The notes: generated by a model not told the origin, from the sequence alone. Numbered from the stretch's first letter, positions 1-13,177 are shown. The stretch is 64,000 bases of DNA from Candidatus Babeliales bacterium (GCA_963743635.1 CAVUQO010000003.1:64001-128000), one strand, 5' to 3'. Numbers and translations are program-made.

Positions 1-534
1 TCTGTCAGTAAGGACAATCTTCTTATTTTGATTTGCCCGCGCATTTTACCCGCTGAGTCTTCCAAGGATGCGGACAAGTTTACCAATAATCACATCATTG
101 GTTATCGTACTACGCTTGCTGATATGATGGCACCGAATGATCCGCGCGATCCAATTAATAGATTCTTCTTTGAAAGAAAAGATGGTTCAGCTGACCAGGT
201 AGTAGAAGAATTCTTGTTTACGCGATCGGATAACACCAAGAAAAATACAAAGCCTCAAAAAAAGAACCTCCAAAAGAATCAACAAGCGCGAAAACGTTCA
301 AACCGAAACTCTTTTACGCAAGATCCAAAAGGGCCCAATCTAGAAAATGAAATGGTCGATAGCCAAGCAACTGCGGCCATGAAACAAAATGAGATTGCCG
401 TTGCACACGCAGCGCCTCCAGAATCGGAACCCGCTGCACCGACTTCTAAAAAGTTATCCGTGCGTTCGCCGCAACGAGGTCGCCGCTCTCTTTCCACGCT
501 CATTGAAGACACGCAAACTGAAGGGGTAAGCTGA
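1..534 (+). CDS. gspD: C-terminal part of a type II secretion secretin (GspD paralog 1), 5' end outside the window
   Basis: Frame is open from base 1: SVSKDNLLILICPRILP...DPRDPINRFFF. This parallels the secretin C-terminus of the 2714 ORF (DNNLTIFIAPTIIEP...LQDPITRWFF). Confidence 0.7.
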   Translation, partial: SVSKDNLLILICPRILPAESSKDADKFTNNHIIGYRTTLADMMAPNDPRDPINRFFFERKDGSADQVVEEFLFTRSDNTKKNTKPQKKNLQKNQQARKRSNRNSFTQDPKGPNLENEMVDSQATAAMKQNEIAVAHAAPPESEPAAPTSKKLSVRSPQRGRRSLSTLIEDTQTEGVS

Positions 535-2156
535 TGATAAGAGAACTATTTCTTCCAAGCTCACTCGCAGGCCGCTACATTATTTCGCAACGAGTTGTCG
601 GCATTGATGTTGCACGCACGTATGTCAGCGCCAGTCAGGTATATCTGCACGATAAATCAATCACCATTGAAAAATGCATTAATGAGCCACTTGAAATTGG
701 TAACACTACAAACTATGAAGAGCGCGTGATCACCGCGCTGAAAGCAATTAAACCTCAATTAGATAAATACAACACGATTCGCACCACTATCCCCAGCTCG
801 ACTGCGATCATCAAAGAAATTACCCTGCCATTTACGCAGCCTGAGAAAATAAAAATGGTACTCGAATATGAAATCGAACCACTGCTGCCGTTTTCTCTCA
901 ACGATGCAATTGTAGATGGCATCATTACCAAAATTATTCCTGAAGAGAACAAGGCACTCGTATTAGTAGCAGCGGTACCAAAAGAACATATTGCGCACCA
1001 TTTAGAGTTATTGCGGGCCGCAGATCTCGACCCAGATATCATTTCCATAGATTTTTTTGATCTCTATGAATTATGCCGCATGATACCGGCTTATGCAGCA
1101 GACAATCAATCAGTCGTGATTATTGATCTTGAATCTCATAGCACACGCATCGGATATTTGTATAATGGCGCACTGCGCATTGTGCGAACTCTTCCAAAAG
1201 GTCTTGTTAATCAAGTGAAATCAATTAGCGAAACGCTCGGCATGCAACCAAGTGCGGTTATGGAACAAGTAATTCGGCATGGCTTCGATCATACCGACAA
1301 ATCATTTACCGATGCACTCAAGGAATCTTTGGATGCCTTTTGGAATGATATTGCATTCACCCTCACTTCATTTACCGCGCAATCAGATAAAAAAATTGAT
1401 ACTATTCTGCTTTTAGGATCTGGCGCTGACATTCAGGGCTTTCCTGGTTTTATTACGGAAAAAACGGGCGTTGCCTGCCAAAAATTAGAGATCAATCAAA
1501 TCACACTCCAAAAAAATATTATCTTTAAGCAAAATGGTACTATCTCACAAGCATGCATGCTCAGCCTTGCTGCCGCATTAAATCCGGCTAATGCTGAATC
1601 ATTTAATTTGCGCAGAAAAGAATTTGCTTCAAAAAAGATACCGCTCTTTATGAAACAGCTGATTACTGCGGGAATTTTGAGCTGCTTACTGGTTTTTGGA
1701 TTTGTTGGTTACATCGTCTATGAGTTAGCATCACTCCATAGTGAACTGGGTTCATCCACTGAAGAACTTTCTAATGATATCAAGGAAAAACTGCAGATCA
1801 CTGCTGAAGGCGATCGGGACCTGAAAGGTTTGATTAGCGATGCAGAAACAAAAGTGAATGGACGCAAACAACTCGTAGAAGCATTTTCAGGCGGCCAGCG
1901 CGCATCATTTTTACAATGTCTTGATGAATTAGCTACCGTAACGCTCAAAGATAGAAATGATCTTGGTTTTAATTTAAAAAGATTAACAATTGCGGATCAC
2001 GAGTTAACGCTTACGGGCAGTGTGCAAAACGATTCTCAACTCAACATATTTCAACGGCGATTACAAACTTCCAAGTTCTTCGATTATAAAGGTAAGATTC
2101 AACTTCCTGAATTCGACAATTTAAAAATTCCTCTCAACACTCGAGGGAACCTATAA
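534..2156 (+). CDS. PilM/GspL-like protein (actin-like cytoplasmic domain, TM helix, PilN-like periplasmic domain)
   Basis: VGIDV, IIDLES and LLLGSGA actin-fold motifs; EIEPLLPF segment; one TM near aa 375-397; lies in a secretin operon with overlapping stop/start. Confidence 0.75.
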   Translation: MIRELFLPSSLAGRYIISQRVVGIDVARTYVSASQVYLHDKSITIEKCINEPLEIGNTTNYEERVITALKAIKPQLDKYNTIRTTIPSSTAIIKEITLPFTQPEKIKMVLEYEIEPLLPFSLNDAIVDGIITKIIPEENKALVLVAAVPKEHIAHHLELLRAADLDPDIISIDFFDLYELCRMIPAYAADNQSVVIIDLESHSTRIGYLYNGALRIVRTLPKGLVNQVKSISETLGMQPSAVMEQVIRHGFDHTDKSFTDALKESLDAFWNDIAFTLTSFTAQSDKKIDTILLLGSGADIQGFPGFITEKTGVACQKLEINQITLQKNIIFKQNGTISQACMLSLAAALNPANAESFNLRRKEFASKKIPLFMKQLITAGILSCLLVFGFVGYIVYELASLHSELGSSTEELSNDIKEKLQITAEGDRDLKGLISDAETKVNGRKQLVEAFSGGQRASFLQCLDELATVTLKDRNDLGFNLKRLTIADHELTLTGSVQNDSQLNIFQRRLQTSKFFDYKGKIQLPEFDNLKIPLNTRGNL

Positions 2157-2713
2157 TGCAACTACTCGATACTATCAAGCACCATATTTTACAATTGGAT
2201 GAAAAGACGTTTTTTGCCTATATTGGTGGGTTTATTCTTGGACTACTGCTCGTATTGGGCGGTCTCTTTTATTATTACTCGCAAGCCTCTGAAGAGCTGG
2301 TAACTGAAATTCAAGAACTCAATACAGAGCGAACAAAAATGCGTAAACTGTTTGAAACATATGCTCAGGTAAGAAAGCAAGAAGTTACCGTTGATAAACT
2401 GCTCAAAGAAAATGAAAATTTTAGAATTTATGACCAATTCACCAAAATTTTAGAGAAGGTAATACCCAACGGCAGCGCCATTAGAGAAAAACCAACATCG
2501 GAGCTCAAGGGAAAATATCTTGAATGGACACTCACCACAAATATTAGCATGGTCGATATGAAACAAATATGTGAGTTGCTACAGGCCATTGAAGAAAATC
2601 CGCGCCTTTACACCAAAGAGCTCGATATTACACGATCAGCAACAGCCGCAAACAAGCTTGACGTAAGGCTTGCCATAGGCACACTAGACTTAAACACAAC
2701 CCCTGGTACCTAA
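2156..2713 (+). CDS. GspM/PilO-like inner-membrane assembly protein
   Basis: N-terminal TM, coiled coil, ferredoxin-like C-terminus (ELLQAIEENPRLY); position between a GspL-like gene and a secretin. Confidence 0.6.
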   Translation: MQLLDTIKHHILQLDEKTFFAYIGGFILGLLLVLGGLFYYYSQASEELVTEIQELNTERTKMRKLFETYAQVRKQEVTVDKLLKENENFRIYDQFTKILEKVIPNGSAIREKPTSELKGKYLEWTLTTNISMVDMKQICELLQAIEENPRLYTKELDITRSATAANKLDVRLAIGTLDLNTTPGT

Positions 2714-5350
2714 ATGGAGTTGGCCATGAAAAAAATTATTTATAGTTTACTGATACTGTGGTTAACAACCCCCGGTATTTATGCCAGAACCATCGAAGCT
2801 AAAGAAGAACCTTTTTATTTTCAGTTCAATAATGAAGAATTGGTTGACGTAGTCAATCGTCTTGCGGCAAAAAAAGAAATTAATATTGTATTTCCAGTAA
2901 AATCTCCACTTACTGCTCGTATCACCATGGCTATTGATGATCCATTTACCATAGATCAGGCGTGGGAAAAACTGTATACCATTCTTGATCTCGCAGGTTA
3001 TTCTCTTATTAATAAAGGTGCACAATACACTATTGTAAAGACAGAGGCAGGAAAAGATGGCGTTATTCGAGAGCCAGTTCCTATTTATATCGGCGTATCC
3101 CCAGAAAAACTGCCCGACTCTGATGAACGCATTCGCTATATTTATTATCTGACCAATTTTAAAATTGGTGATAACTTTGATAAAAGCGAATTATTCCCAA
3201 TCTTACAAAATATATTTCCTGATACAGCAAGTTATTTAGGCGATCCACAAACGAATGGCATCATACTAACTGACAAGTCCAGCAATATTAAATCGGCAAT
3301 GGATATCATTGCTAAGCTCGATAATATGACCCTCCAAGAAACCTTCGAAGTCATCCCGCTGCATAACACCAGTGCACAAATGATAAAGGATATTTTTTAT
3401 GGAAAAGATGGAAAACAAGGAATCTTGGGCGATGACAATAAAAATCAATATGGCTTTGAGGCAAAAAAACAACAGTCAGAAACTAACTATTTCCCTAAAA
3501 ATGTACGTATCATTCCGATAACTCGCACCAATTCAATACTTGTTCTTGGCACCAAGACCGCCATCCAACGCATTCGCGATTTCTTAACCAAATATATTGA
3601 TGTGGAGCTTGAATCTGGAAAATCAATTCTCCATATTTACAAGCTGCAGTATATGGATGCTAATGATATTAAGAAGGTTTTAGAGGATATCGTTAAACCA
3701 ATGAAAAAAGGCTCTACCGGACAATCCGCAGGCGGCGACAAGGCTAGTGCAGGCGTAAATCCAAGCACTCAAGAACGTGTGTTTGATGAAATCATTATTC
3801 AAACCGACGTTCCCGCCAATAAGGACGATAAAAACAAACAATATTTTGGTAATAATAATCTCATTGTTGCTTGCCGCAATGATGATTGGGTGAAAATAAA
3901 AGGGCTCATTGAGCAACTTGATCAGCCTCAATCGCAAGTAATCATCGAAATTTTAGTCGCAGATTTAACACTCCAAGATACTCGCGATTTAGGAGCGATC
4001 ACACGCAACCCTCTTGAGCTCGGCTTTCCGCCCGGAGTAAATATTCAGGCTGCTCAAATTGGTCTTGCTGCTGCAGTGGTTCCCAATAGCCCAATAAGTA
4101 ATGCTTCATCGCTTGCCTGCGATCTTGCAAGTACTAGCAACTTAGTTCCTAATCCAAATTCAACGACTACCCCACCTGGTCTTATTCAGCAATCTGTTCT
4201 TGCATCAGTACCCGTAGGGGCGACGGCGATTGCCATTAATGATGGCGGCACCAATTCTGCATGGTCTGTATTTCAAATGCTTGATCTTTTTACCTATAAC
4301 AAAGTAATATCCAATCCACACTTGATCGCAACGAATGGCACACCAGCCAAAGTTGTAATCGGGCAGACACGCCTCATTCAAGATCAGACTGCTGGTAGTG
4401 GTGGTGGTACTGCGGTAGTTAACTTGAAAGATATCGGGGCATTGTTGCAAATTAATCTAACCCCTCGCATCTATACGTCTGATGCGGCTGGCGGCAAAGA
4501 TGATACGGTTAGCTTAAGCGTTACTGTTGAAATTTCTAATTTTATAGCCGGAACTAACACCAATAATGCGCGCCAAACGCGTACGGTTGAGACATGCGCG
4601 ATGCTTAAAAATGGCCAAATTTTAGCACTCGGCGGTCTCATTAATCATGAAATAGATGACGCAGTGAATGAAACGCCTATCCTGGCTAAAATACCTATTC
4701 TTGGTTGGTTCGCAAAACAACGTAACAATAACTACATTGATAATAATTTAACGATATTTATTGCGCCTACCATTATCGAACCTCGATTACGCGGCGGTAC
4801 CGGCCAATATACTGAAGATTATTCGGGAGTTATTAGACAATATTGCAAAGAAAGCGAAGCATTTGATTCCTTGCAAGATCCAATAACGCGTTGGTTCTTC
4901 AAGAATGACTATGATCCACAAAAAGAGCTCAAGGAATTCATGGACTTGGACGAATTTAAACGCCATCCGGATCCAAAACAATATAAGAGCCTTGTTGATA
5001 CAGAACAAGCTGCATCAGTTGAAGAAGCTAATGCACCAGACAAGAAGAATAAGGATAAGAAATCAAAACGCATCGTGTTAACCAACGTTGACAAAAAAGA
5101 AGATGTTACGACTGTCATCCAAGCGCCACATGATATGCATACGGCTACACCTACACCTGATACCAGCACAAAAGTAGCAGCCGCAGAAAAACCTACTGCG
5201 TTGGCTGACGTTGTATCATCATTCGAGCCATTGCCTGAACAATCAACGTCGATGACGGTGGCATCTGCGCCGGCTCCTCAACGCGATATGAATGCGTTGA
5301 GAAGTCAGTTACAAAAGATACTTGAAGCGGAAGAAAATCCGCTATTGTAA
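2714..5350 (+). CDS. gspD: Type II secretion secretin GspD (paralog 2) with low-complexity C-terminal extension
   Basis: Signal peptide; N0/N-domains; QLDQPQSQVIIEILV, GGLI and PILAKIPILGWF secretin motifs. Confidence 0.9.
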   Translation: MELAMKKIIYSLLILWLTTPGIYARTIEAKEEPFYFQFNNEELVDVVNRLAAKKEINIVFPVKSPLTARITMAIDDPFTIDQAWEKLYTILDLAGYSLINKGAQYTIVKTEAGKDGVIREPVPIYIGVSPEKLPDSDERIRYIYYLTNFKIGDNFDKSELFPILQNIFPDTASYLGDPQTNGIILTDKSSNIKSAMDIIAKLDNMTLQETFEVIPLHNTSAQMIKDIFYGKDGKQGILGDDNKNQYGFEAKKQQSETNYFPKNVRIIPITRTNSILVLGTKTAIQRIRDFLTKYIDVELESGKSILHIYKLQYMDANDIKKVLEDIVKPMKKGSTGQSAGGDKASAGVNPSTQERVFDEIIIQTDVPANKDDKNKQYFGNNNLIVACRNDDWVKIKGLIEQLDQPQSQVIIEILVADLTLQDTRDLGAITRNPLELGFPPGVNIQAAQIGLAAAVVPNSPISNASSLACDLASTSNLVPNPNSTTTPPGLIQQSVLASVPVGATAIAINDGGTNSAWSVFQMLDLFTYNKVISNPHLIATNGTPAKVVIGQTRLIQDQTAGSGGGTAVVNLKDIGALLQINLTPRIYTSDAAGGKDDTVSLSVTVEISNFIAGTNTNNARQTRTVETCAMLKNGQILALGGLINHEIDDAVNETPILAKIPILGWFAKQRNNNYIDNNLTIFIAPTIIEPRLRGGTGQYTEDYSGVIRQYCKESEAFDSLQDPITRWFFKNDYDPQKELKEFMDLDEFKRHPDPKQYKSLVDTEQAASVEEANAPDKKNKDKKSKRIVLTNVDKKEDVTTVIQAPHDMHTATPTPDTSTKVAAAEKPTALADVVSSFEPLPEQSTSMTVASAPAPQRDMNALRSQLQKILEAEENPLL

Positions 5351-5410
5351 GATGAACTCAACTTAAAGAGTTCATTTTATAGCAAGACTTGCTAAGTGAT
5401 GCACATTTAT

Positions 5411-5823
5411 CCCTTATGTCCCGCGTTACGCCCCTCCGGGCTACTAGGGACGAACGGGAGTGGATATTTGTTTCAAGAATTAGGTTTTTTATATGAATTT
5501 ATTTATGTTTTTTCCGTTAATAAATGCTTAATTTAACGGGAGACTCTCCATCCCCGTTCGTCCCTAGTAGCGGAGCGTAACGCGGGACATAAGGGGGCGC
5601 AAATTTGTGCACTGTTTAAAATATGAATTATCTGATTTAAAATCCTTCGCACATTTTTCTCCTACCCCTTCGATCCTTCGCTATACTCAGGCCTCAGGAG
5701 CAGGAATAAAAACACTTCCAGCCTTCGCATAAAGCTACGGCGGACAGGCAGGACGAAACGGGCGCAGTCCGGCGAAGCAAAACACTTCCTGAGGTATAAC
5801 TTCGAAGTATTAGCGTAGACGGA
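5411..5823. repeat. Composite palindromic REP/REPIN-like cluster
   Basis: Inverted arms at 5411-5458 and 5553-5595. 5618-5717 matches the reverse complement of ~56007-56090. GTAG/GAAG-type units at ~5719 and 5767-5823. Confidence 0.8.
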
Positions 5824-5909
5824 GGAGGAGATTTTACTTATTTTTTTATGATGGGATCGCGGTTTAATATTAACTTGCTTATATAAAGTTCGCGGTATAA
5901 TGTAATGAA

Positions 5910-7171
5910 TTATGATCCAAACACACCGAGTACAAGATTATCTTCAATGCGAAGCATTTCATTGTATTTAGCCATGCATTCGCCGCGCGAACATCCGCCC
6001 GCTTTGATCTGACCCGCACTGGTTCCCACTGCAAGATCAACAATAAACGTATCGTTCGTTTCACCCGATCTATGAGATACGATGGTATTAAATCCATGTT
6101 CTTTGCATAATTTAATTGCTTGCAACGTTTCTATAACGGTACCGATTTGATTTGGTTTGATAATTGCCGCATTTGCAAGGCCTTTTTCCATAGCATCAGC
6201 AATACGCTGCGCATGCGTTGCAAAAATATCATCACCAACGATTTGAAGTTTTTCGCCAAGTGTTTCGGTCAATATATGCCATGCTTCATAATCATCATAC
6301 CCAAGACCATCTTCAATAGAATACAGCGGATAATGAGTTGCGAGAGAAACATATTCTTGGATCAATTCTTGTGAAGTAATACGGAGCATTGTGCCAGTTA
6401 TATAGTTTTGTTTTTGGATCATAAAATTGTGATGCGGCAACATCAAGCGCTAATACAAAATCGCCTTCACGATCAACACCGGAAAAATTAATCGCTTCCA
6501 TAATCAAATCAAGCGCTTCGCGTTCATGCGCAAATGATACAGCATATCCCCCTTCATCACCAATACCAATCAATTTTCCCTGCTTTTTAAGCAAATCGCC
6601 AAGCGTGTGAAATACTATCGTTGCTAATTCAAGAGATGTCCTAAAGCTGGACGCGCCGGTCGGCACAATCATAAATTCTTGTATTTGCAAACCGTATTAG
6701 CATGCGCTCCACCATTTATAATGTTAAACATCGGAAAGGGCAAACTGACTGATTCAAAATCGCATAACTGAGCAATGAGTTCATAAACGTGCATGTTATT
6801 GGCATATGCTTGCGCTTTGCATAATGCAATACTTACCGCAATCATGGTATTTCCACCAAGACGCGATTTATTCGGCGTACCATCCATCTCAATCATTTTT
6901 AAATCAAATTCAACAACGTCCGGAGTCTTGCCGAGCAATTCAGGCGCGAGTATCAGTTTCCAATAATATTGATAGCTTTTCCTAACACCATGCCCCATCA
7001 AGCGACTGTTATCCTTATCACGCAAATCAAATGCCTCAAATGGTCCACACGATTTGCCAGTCGGAACAGATGCGACTACAGGAACACTATCATCTAGCAC
7101 AATTTCACATTCAATGTTGGAAATCCACGCGAATCAAAAATTTCTCTGGCAGATACGCCGGTTATTTTCAT
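5910..7171 (-). CDS. eno: Enolase, split by several frameshifts (probable sequencing indels)
   Basis: Fragments MKITGVSAREIFDSRG, DGTPNKSRLGGN, NIINGGAHA, QEFMI, GDEGG, VGDD, KPNQIGT, SHRSGET and GQIKAG occur in successive frames. Confidence 0.9.
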
Positions 7172-7252
7172 ATACTTCCTTTTTTTGCTCGATTCAATTA
7201 TTTATGTACAAAGTTACAGCTTACCCAAAATTCTAATCAAGTTTAAAAATAA

Positions 7253-7291
7253 AAAAGCGCACAATGAGTTTAACCCATTGTGCGCTTTATT
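7253..7291 (-). terminator. Intrinsic terminator after aspS
   Basis: aaagcgcacaatg-loop-cattgtgcgcttt hairpin flanked by A and T tracts. Confidence 0.75.
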
Positions 7292-7307
7292 TTTCTTATA
7301 AAAGGAA

Positions 7308-9082
<1,775 letters not shown>

Positions 9083-9185
9083 GTATTCTTCCTACCAAGA
9101 TATTAAAGTCATATTATTCTTTATATAACCGATCCATTGTAGCACAAATATCAGAACTTAATAATGCCTGATCTATGCTCATATT

Positions 9186-11159
9186 CTAGAATTTGAATTC
9201 AAGACCAAGGTTGACCGTAAAGGCAATATCATCACTAATATTTGGCACTCTATCAAGCGAATGGCCCTTCTCATTAAAGTTCTCAAGCGCTCTTAACTGA
9301 TCTTTGCTCGTTGGTTTACCTTTAATATCAGTGAAATGCTTACCTGGTACAAATGCAGACCATACCACATAGAATTTTAACGGTTCAGATAAGTAGAAAT
9401 CGAAGAACGTGTTAAATTCTGTTCCTAAATAGGTACTTGCTGGTTTATCAATATCCACACGAGATGGAATATCAAATCTGCGCGTTGGGCTTTCTTGCCA
9501 GTATGCAATGATATTTGGATGAACTTTAAATCTTCTGGTCACATTCATCGGTTCCCACTTCATACTGGTACCGACAAATATAATGTTGGTAAATCCAGAA
9601 ATGGTGGTTGAGAATTTGCCGGGAGCTAATTTTGAAGCATTTATGTCAGAGAAGAAACGTTTTATTTTTCCTGCACCACCCAGCAAGAACGCACTCAATA
9701 CGCGATCACCAGTATAGATTTCTTGTAACCCAATAAACCCGCGATAATTACTATCTTTAGTTTCACTGTTAGGGTTATCATCACCAGACGCTACGCCGGC
9801 CATTGCCGCAAATCGAAGATCTTTATTATGCGCCCATGTCGCGAGATCACAAATAAACATCCAACCTTCATAAGTATTATTGTATGGATTTCTAAAGCGA
9901 TCTTTAGAGTTGTAAAGTTCTACTGGTGCTGTTAATCCGGCAAAATTCTTTTCAACAGTACCGATGAGATCGCCATTATTCAATTCATTTGGATCAGCAC
10001 TATCGATAAATGCTTGCGCTTCTTTGCCTGGAGCAGTGCTGCTATCATGCGGAACCTTAGGGGTTTTCTTTCCAGTTGCATCAATTGCATAAGCCTGACT
10101 ATTCACTTCCGTTAATGCGGCATTAACGTTCGTAATTTCGATTTGGTTACGATCCCAACCTTTTACTTTTTGTCGGCCCATATTTTTCGCATATTCAAAG
10201 CCAAATTCAAAACGATCGCCCTTATATTCAGTCGCTAAACCGAAGGTTGCTAGCTTACTGTTTGAGTCCCCACGGAACTCTACCATTTGTTCAGGAGCAT
10301 TATTATAGAGCATGTATGGTTCGATGACGCATGAACCAAGATTGTTGTCAAAAGCGGTCCAGAAGAATCGCGCAGCGGTTAGGAAGTTGATAACCCCAAA
10401 TCCACGCTCAGGACACGATCGTACGCCATTATCAAATGCCTGTTGTTGTATTTTAGCGCCGGTTTCTCCAAGGCCATTTGCATAATTTTCTATGATTGAA
10501 ACATAGAAGTCATACGTCAATACATCAGGGATAAAGTCACCAGTGATTTCCGCACCTGGAGCAAACTGGTCAATAACCGCTTCGCTATAGAAACCAAGAA
10601 AGCTTGGCCCGACGGCATAAGCCTCACCCAGCGAGATACCGCGTCCGAGTTTGAACGGGAAGAACCCAATCTTAAAGGTGTGAGTGTTTTTCATGGTTAA
10701 GCCAAGGGTTTTGGCCATATTGAATGATAACCATAACTCACGCAATGTAATCTTTAAACGAGTATCAGTGTGTCGGTGTGCGCCAAATGTAGTATCGCCG
10801 AGCCGAACGTTTGATTCTGTGGTAACACCATTTGCACTGGTGCTGCCAAAGTTGGCCCTGTTACGCAAAGTTACGGTCGAATTGATGATTTCTTCACTAT
10901 AAATGCGCTTACCATACCCTATCTTGAGCGTTTCATCCCAAATATGTCGAAAGTAAATTGTTTTATCAGTAGCCAATTCATTTCGGTTTAAGTACGTATT
11001 GCCTCTTGCATAGAACGATTCTTCTTTTAGCTTACCTGCGAGGCTCAAGCTAACGTCGCTCTTTTCATCATAAACAGAGAATTTTGCCTCCAGAGCTTGG
11101 ACGCAAAAAAATAAAACAATATATATAAATAGGGGTAAGGATTGAATCCTAATTTTCAT
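9186..11159 (-). CDS. Outer-membrane beta-barrel protein (alginate-export/porin-like)
   Basis: Signal peptide from MKIRIQ (SD AGGA upstream); alternating aromatic beta strands; ASGDDNP motif; C-terminal BAM-type signal VNLGLEFKF. Confidence 0.65.
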   Translation of the reverse strand: MKIRIQSLPLFIYIVLFFCVQALEAKFSVYDEKSDVSLSLAGKLKEESFYARGNTYLNRNELATDKTIYFRHIWDETLKIGYGKRIYSEEIINSTVTLRNRANFGSTSANGVTTESNVRLGDTTFGAHRHTDTRLKITLRELWLSFNMAKTLGLTMKNTHTFKIGFFPFKLGRGISLGEAYAVGPSFLGFYSEAVIDQFAPGAEITGDFIPDVLTYDFYVSIIENYANGLGETGAKIQQQAFDNGVRSCPERGFGVINFLTAARFFWTAFDNNLGSCVIEPYMLYNNAPEQMVEFRGDSNSKLATFGLATEYKGDRFEFGFEYAKNMGRQKVKGWDRNQIEITNVNAALTEVNSQAYAIDATGKKTPKVPHDSSTAPGKEAQAFIDSADPNELNNGDLIGTVEKNFAGLTAPVELYNSKDRFRNPYNNTYEGWMFICDLATWAHNKDLRFAAMAGVASGDDNPNSETKDSNYRGFIGLQEIYTGDRVLSAFLLGGAGKIKRFFSDINASKLAPGKFSTTISGFTNIIFVGTSMKWEPMNVTRRFKVHPNIIAYWQESPTRRFDIPSRVDIDKPASTYLGTEFNTFFDFYLSEPLKFYVVWSAFVPGKHFTDIKGKPTSKDQLRALENFNEKGHSLDRVPNISDDIAFTVNLGLEFKF

Positions 11160-11304
11160 GCTATCCTCGGCAGACAATAGGCAAATAAGCGTGATATATA
11201 CGCATTAACGAACAGGCCCCTGAATGGGTCCTTACTGACATGATTAAGCAATTTATATTGAAGCGATCAACGGGTTAAACCCCATTATATCGCCCGAATT
11301 ATAA

Positions 11305-11362
11305 CCCAGGCTTCGCTTTTACTTCGAAGTTTTTACTCCACGAGGTGTTTTGCTTCGTTGGG
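11305..11362. repeat. GTAG/GAAG-type REP-like unit (inverted copy)
   Basis: Reverse complement is closely similar to 32449-32508 and 5767-5823. Confidence 0.75.
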
Positions 11363-11552
11363 TTATTCTATTCGCTTTCAACCATGAATTAAAACTCATG
11401 ACTTCCGCGAAGTAGAATAAAATATACTGCGCATGCAGGGTGAATAATGCTTATAAAATAGTAATAATATTGGAGAAATTGTCAAGTTGTATCGTTATAC
11501 TATATGCTTAAAATCACCTATTTTTAGTCCCTAAAACACGAGATTGTGAATT

Positions 11553-12464
11553 ATGGTATCCCACAAAAAATCGCGCCTTCTTTTGGGCGCACATATGTCT
11601 ATTTCTGGTGGATTTGAAAAGGCTATCGAACGAGGCATCTCTATCGGCTGCACCACGATTCAGATATTCACCAAAAGCAATCGTCAATGGAATGCGAACC
11701 CTATCACCGATGAGCAAGCAGAGCTGTTTCGATCGGCTGTAAAGGAATCTAATATAGATCCTATCGTCACCCATGCCACCTATTTAATTAATCTCGGAGC
11801 CTCCGACAAGACGATTGCAGAAAAATCTACTAAAGCTCTTATCAAGGAACTGGAGCGCTGCGCGTTGCTGGGGATTCCTTACTTAGTCCTTCATCCAGGA
11901 TCATATGGCAGGGGCGATGAAGAAGCATGCCTCGAGCGCATCGCTCAAAATCTTGATACGGCGCTTGAAACCGATACCGGTCGCACCAAAATATTGCTCG
12001 AAATTATGGCAGGCCAGGGAAGCTCCGTTTGCTACACGTTCGAACAACTTGCAACTATACGCAGACTATCGCACCATAAACAACGGCTAGGGGTCTGCAT
12101 TGATACGTGCCATGCCTTTGCGGCCGGCTACGATTTTACTACTCCGCACGGATATAAGGCCATGTGGGATGAATTTGATAAGCTTATTGGGCTTAATCAC
12201 CTTTATGCTATTCATATCAATGACTCCAAGAAAGAATTGGGCTCACGCGTTGATAGACATGAGGATATCGGCAAGGGAAAGATCGGGCTTGAAGCCTTTG
12301 AGTTGCTCTTTAATGATCCTCGTTTTTTCGATGTTCCAAAGATTCTGGAAACGCCCGAAAATAAGCAAGAAAAGGATATTATGAAAGATTACGTCCGCAA
12401 TATGCGAACTATTGGAAAGCTCTTGAGCGAGGCTACAAAGAAGAAATTGAGTATAGATGGGTAG
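11553..12464 (+). CDS. nfo: Endonuclease IV
   Basis: GAHMSISGG, HATYLINL, HPGS, DTCHAFAAGYD, HINDSK, DRHEDIG and ILETP motifs. Confidence 0.97.
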   Translation: MVSHKKSRLLLGAHMSISGGFEKAIERGISIGCTTIQIFTKSNRQWNANPITDEQAELFRSAVKESNIDPIVTHATYLINLGASDKTIAEKSTKALIKELERCALLGIPYLVLHPGSYGRGDEEACLERIAQNLDTALETDTGRTKILLEIMAGQGSSVCYTFEQLATIRRLSHHKQRLGVCIDTCHAFAAGYDFTTPHGYKAMWDEFDKLIGLNHLYAIHINDSKKELGSRVDRHEDIGKGKIGLEAFELLFNDPRFFDVPKILETPENKQEKDIMKDYVRNMRTIGKLLSEATKKKLSIDG

Positions 12465-13136
12465 AAATAGAAATGAGAAAAGTAACGAACTGAAATCTAA
12501 AAATGAGCTAAGAAGGAATTGTAGCCTAAATCTTTTGATCTCAATCTGTTACTTTTCTCAGTAAGCAGTGCATCTAACCATACTTCCCTAAGCATTTCTA
12601 CTAGGAGGAGTAAAAGACACTATACATTTTCTTATATCTGGCATAAAAGACAATGAAACCAATATACCAAAAAACGCAACAACAATAAATGCCTTATTTA
12701 AGCACTTATTTCATCCTTTTTTATTGTTTTGCGCAAAATGCAACGCAAAAGCAACATCAATTTTTTATCGATTTTTCATGCATTAGGTTACAGCATGTAA
12801 CATATGTGCAACAAATCAATCTTGTACTCATTACAATATGAATCCTTTTGAACGCTGCATCTCTCCATCATCGATAGATATTTGGCTTACGATCTTCAAA
12901 TTCTCACCCCTTGTTGCTCTCGAATCATTAGCCGCAACAAAGCGTCTTGCTTTAAGGTTGTGTCTCTATCGGGTGGATTTTGTTGCTCTAACGGCTGATT
13001 TTGCCTGTTAGGCAAGATATATGGGCCGGCGAGTAGGATATATCCAGACCTAGTGGGGCTGGTTATAGCTCTAATGTGGTCGATTTTAGGGGACAGTTAA
13101 TAGATGCTATATCGACACCTAAACAGCTTATCAAGC

Positions 13137-13177
13137 AAAAGCGGGCGACTCTTTGGGGAATCGCCCGCTTATTTTTT
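13137..13177. terminator. Bidirectional intrinsic terminator (after infB on the minus strand)
   Basis: aaaagcgggcga...tcgcccgcttattttt hairpin. Confidence 0.8.

Noticed and set aside
12590..12714. Small minus-strand membrane peptide (…NKAFIVVAFFGILVSLSF…)
   Set aside because: The start is out of frame and the ORF is short; may be a remnant or an error, unsupported.
13050..13140. tmRNA (GGGGCTG start)
   Set aside because: No T-arm/CCA end and no tag reading frame found.
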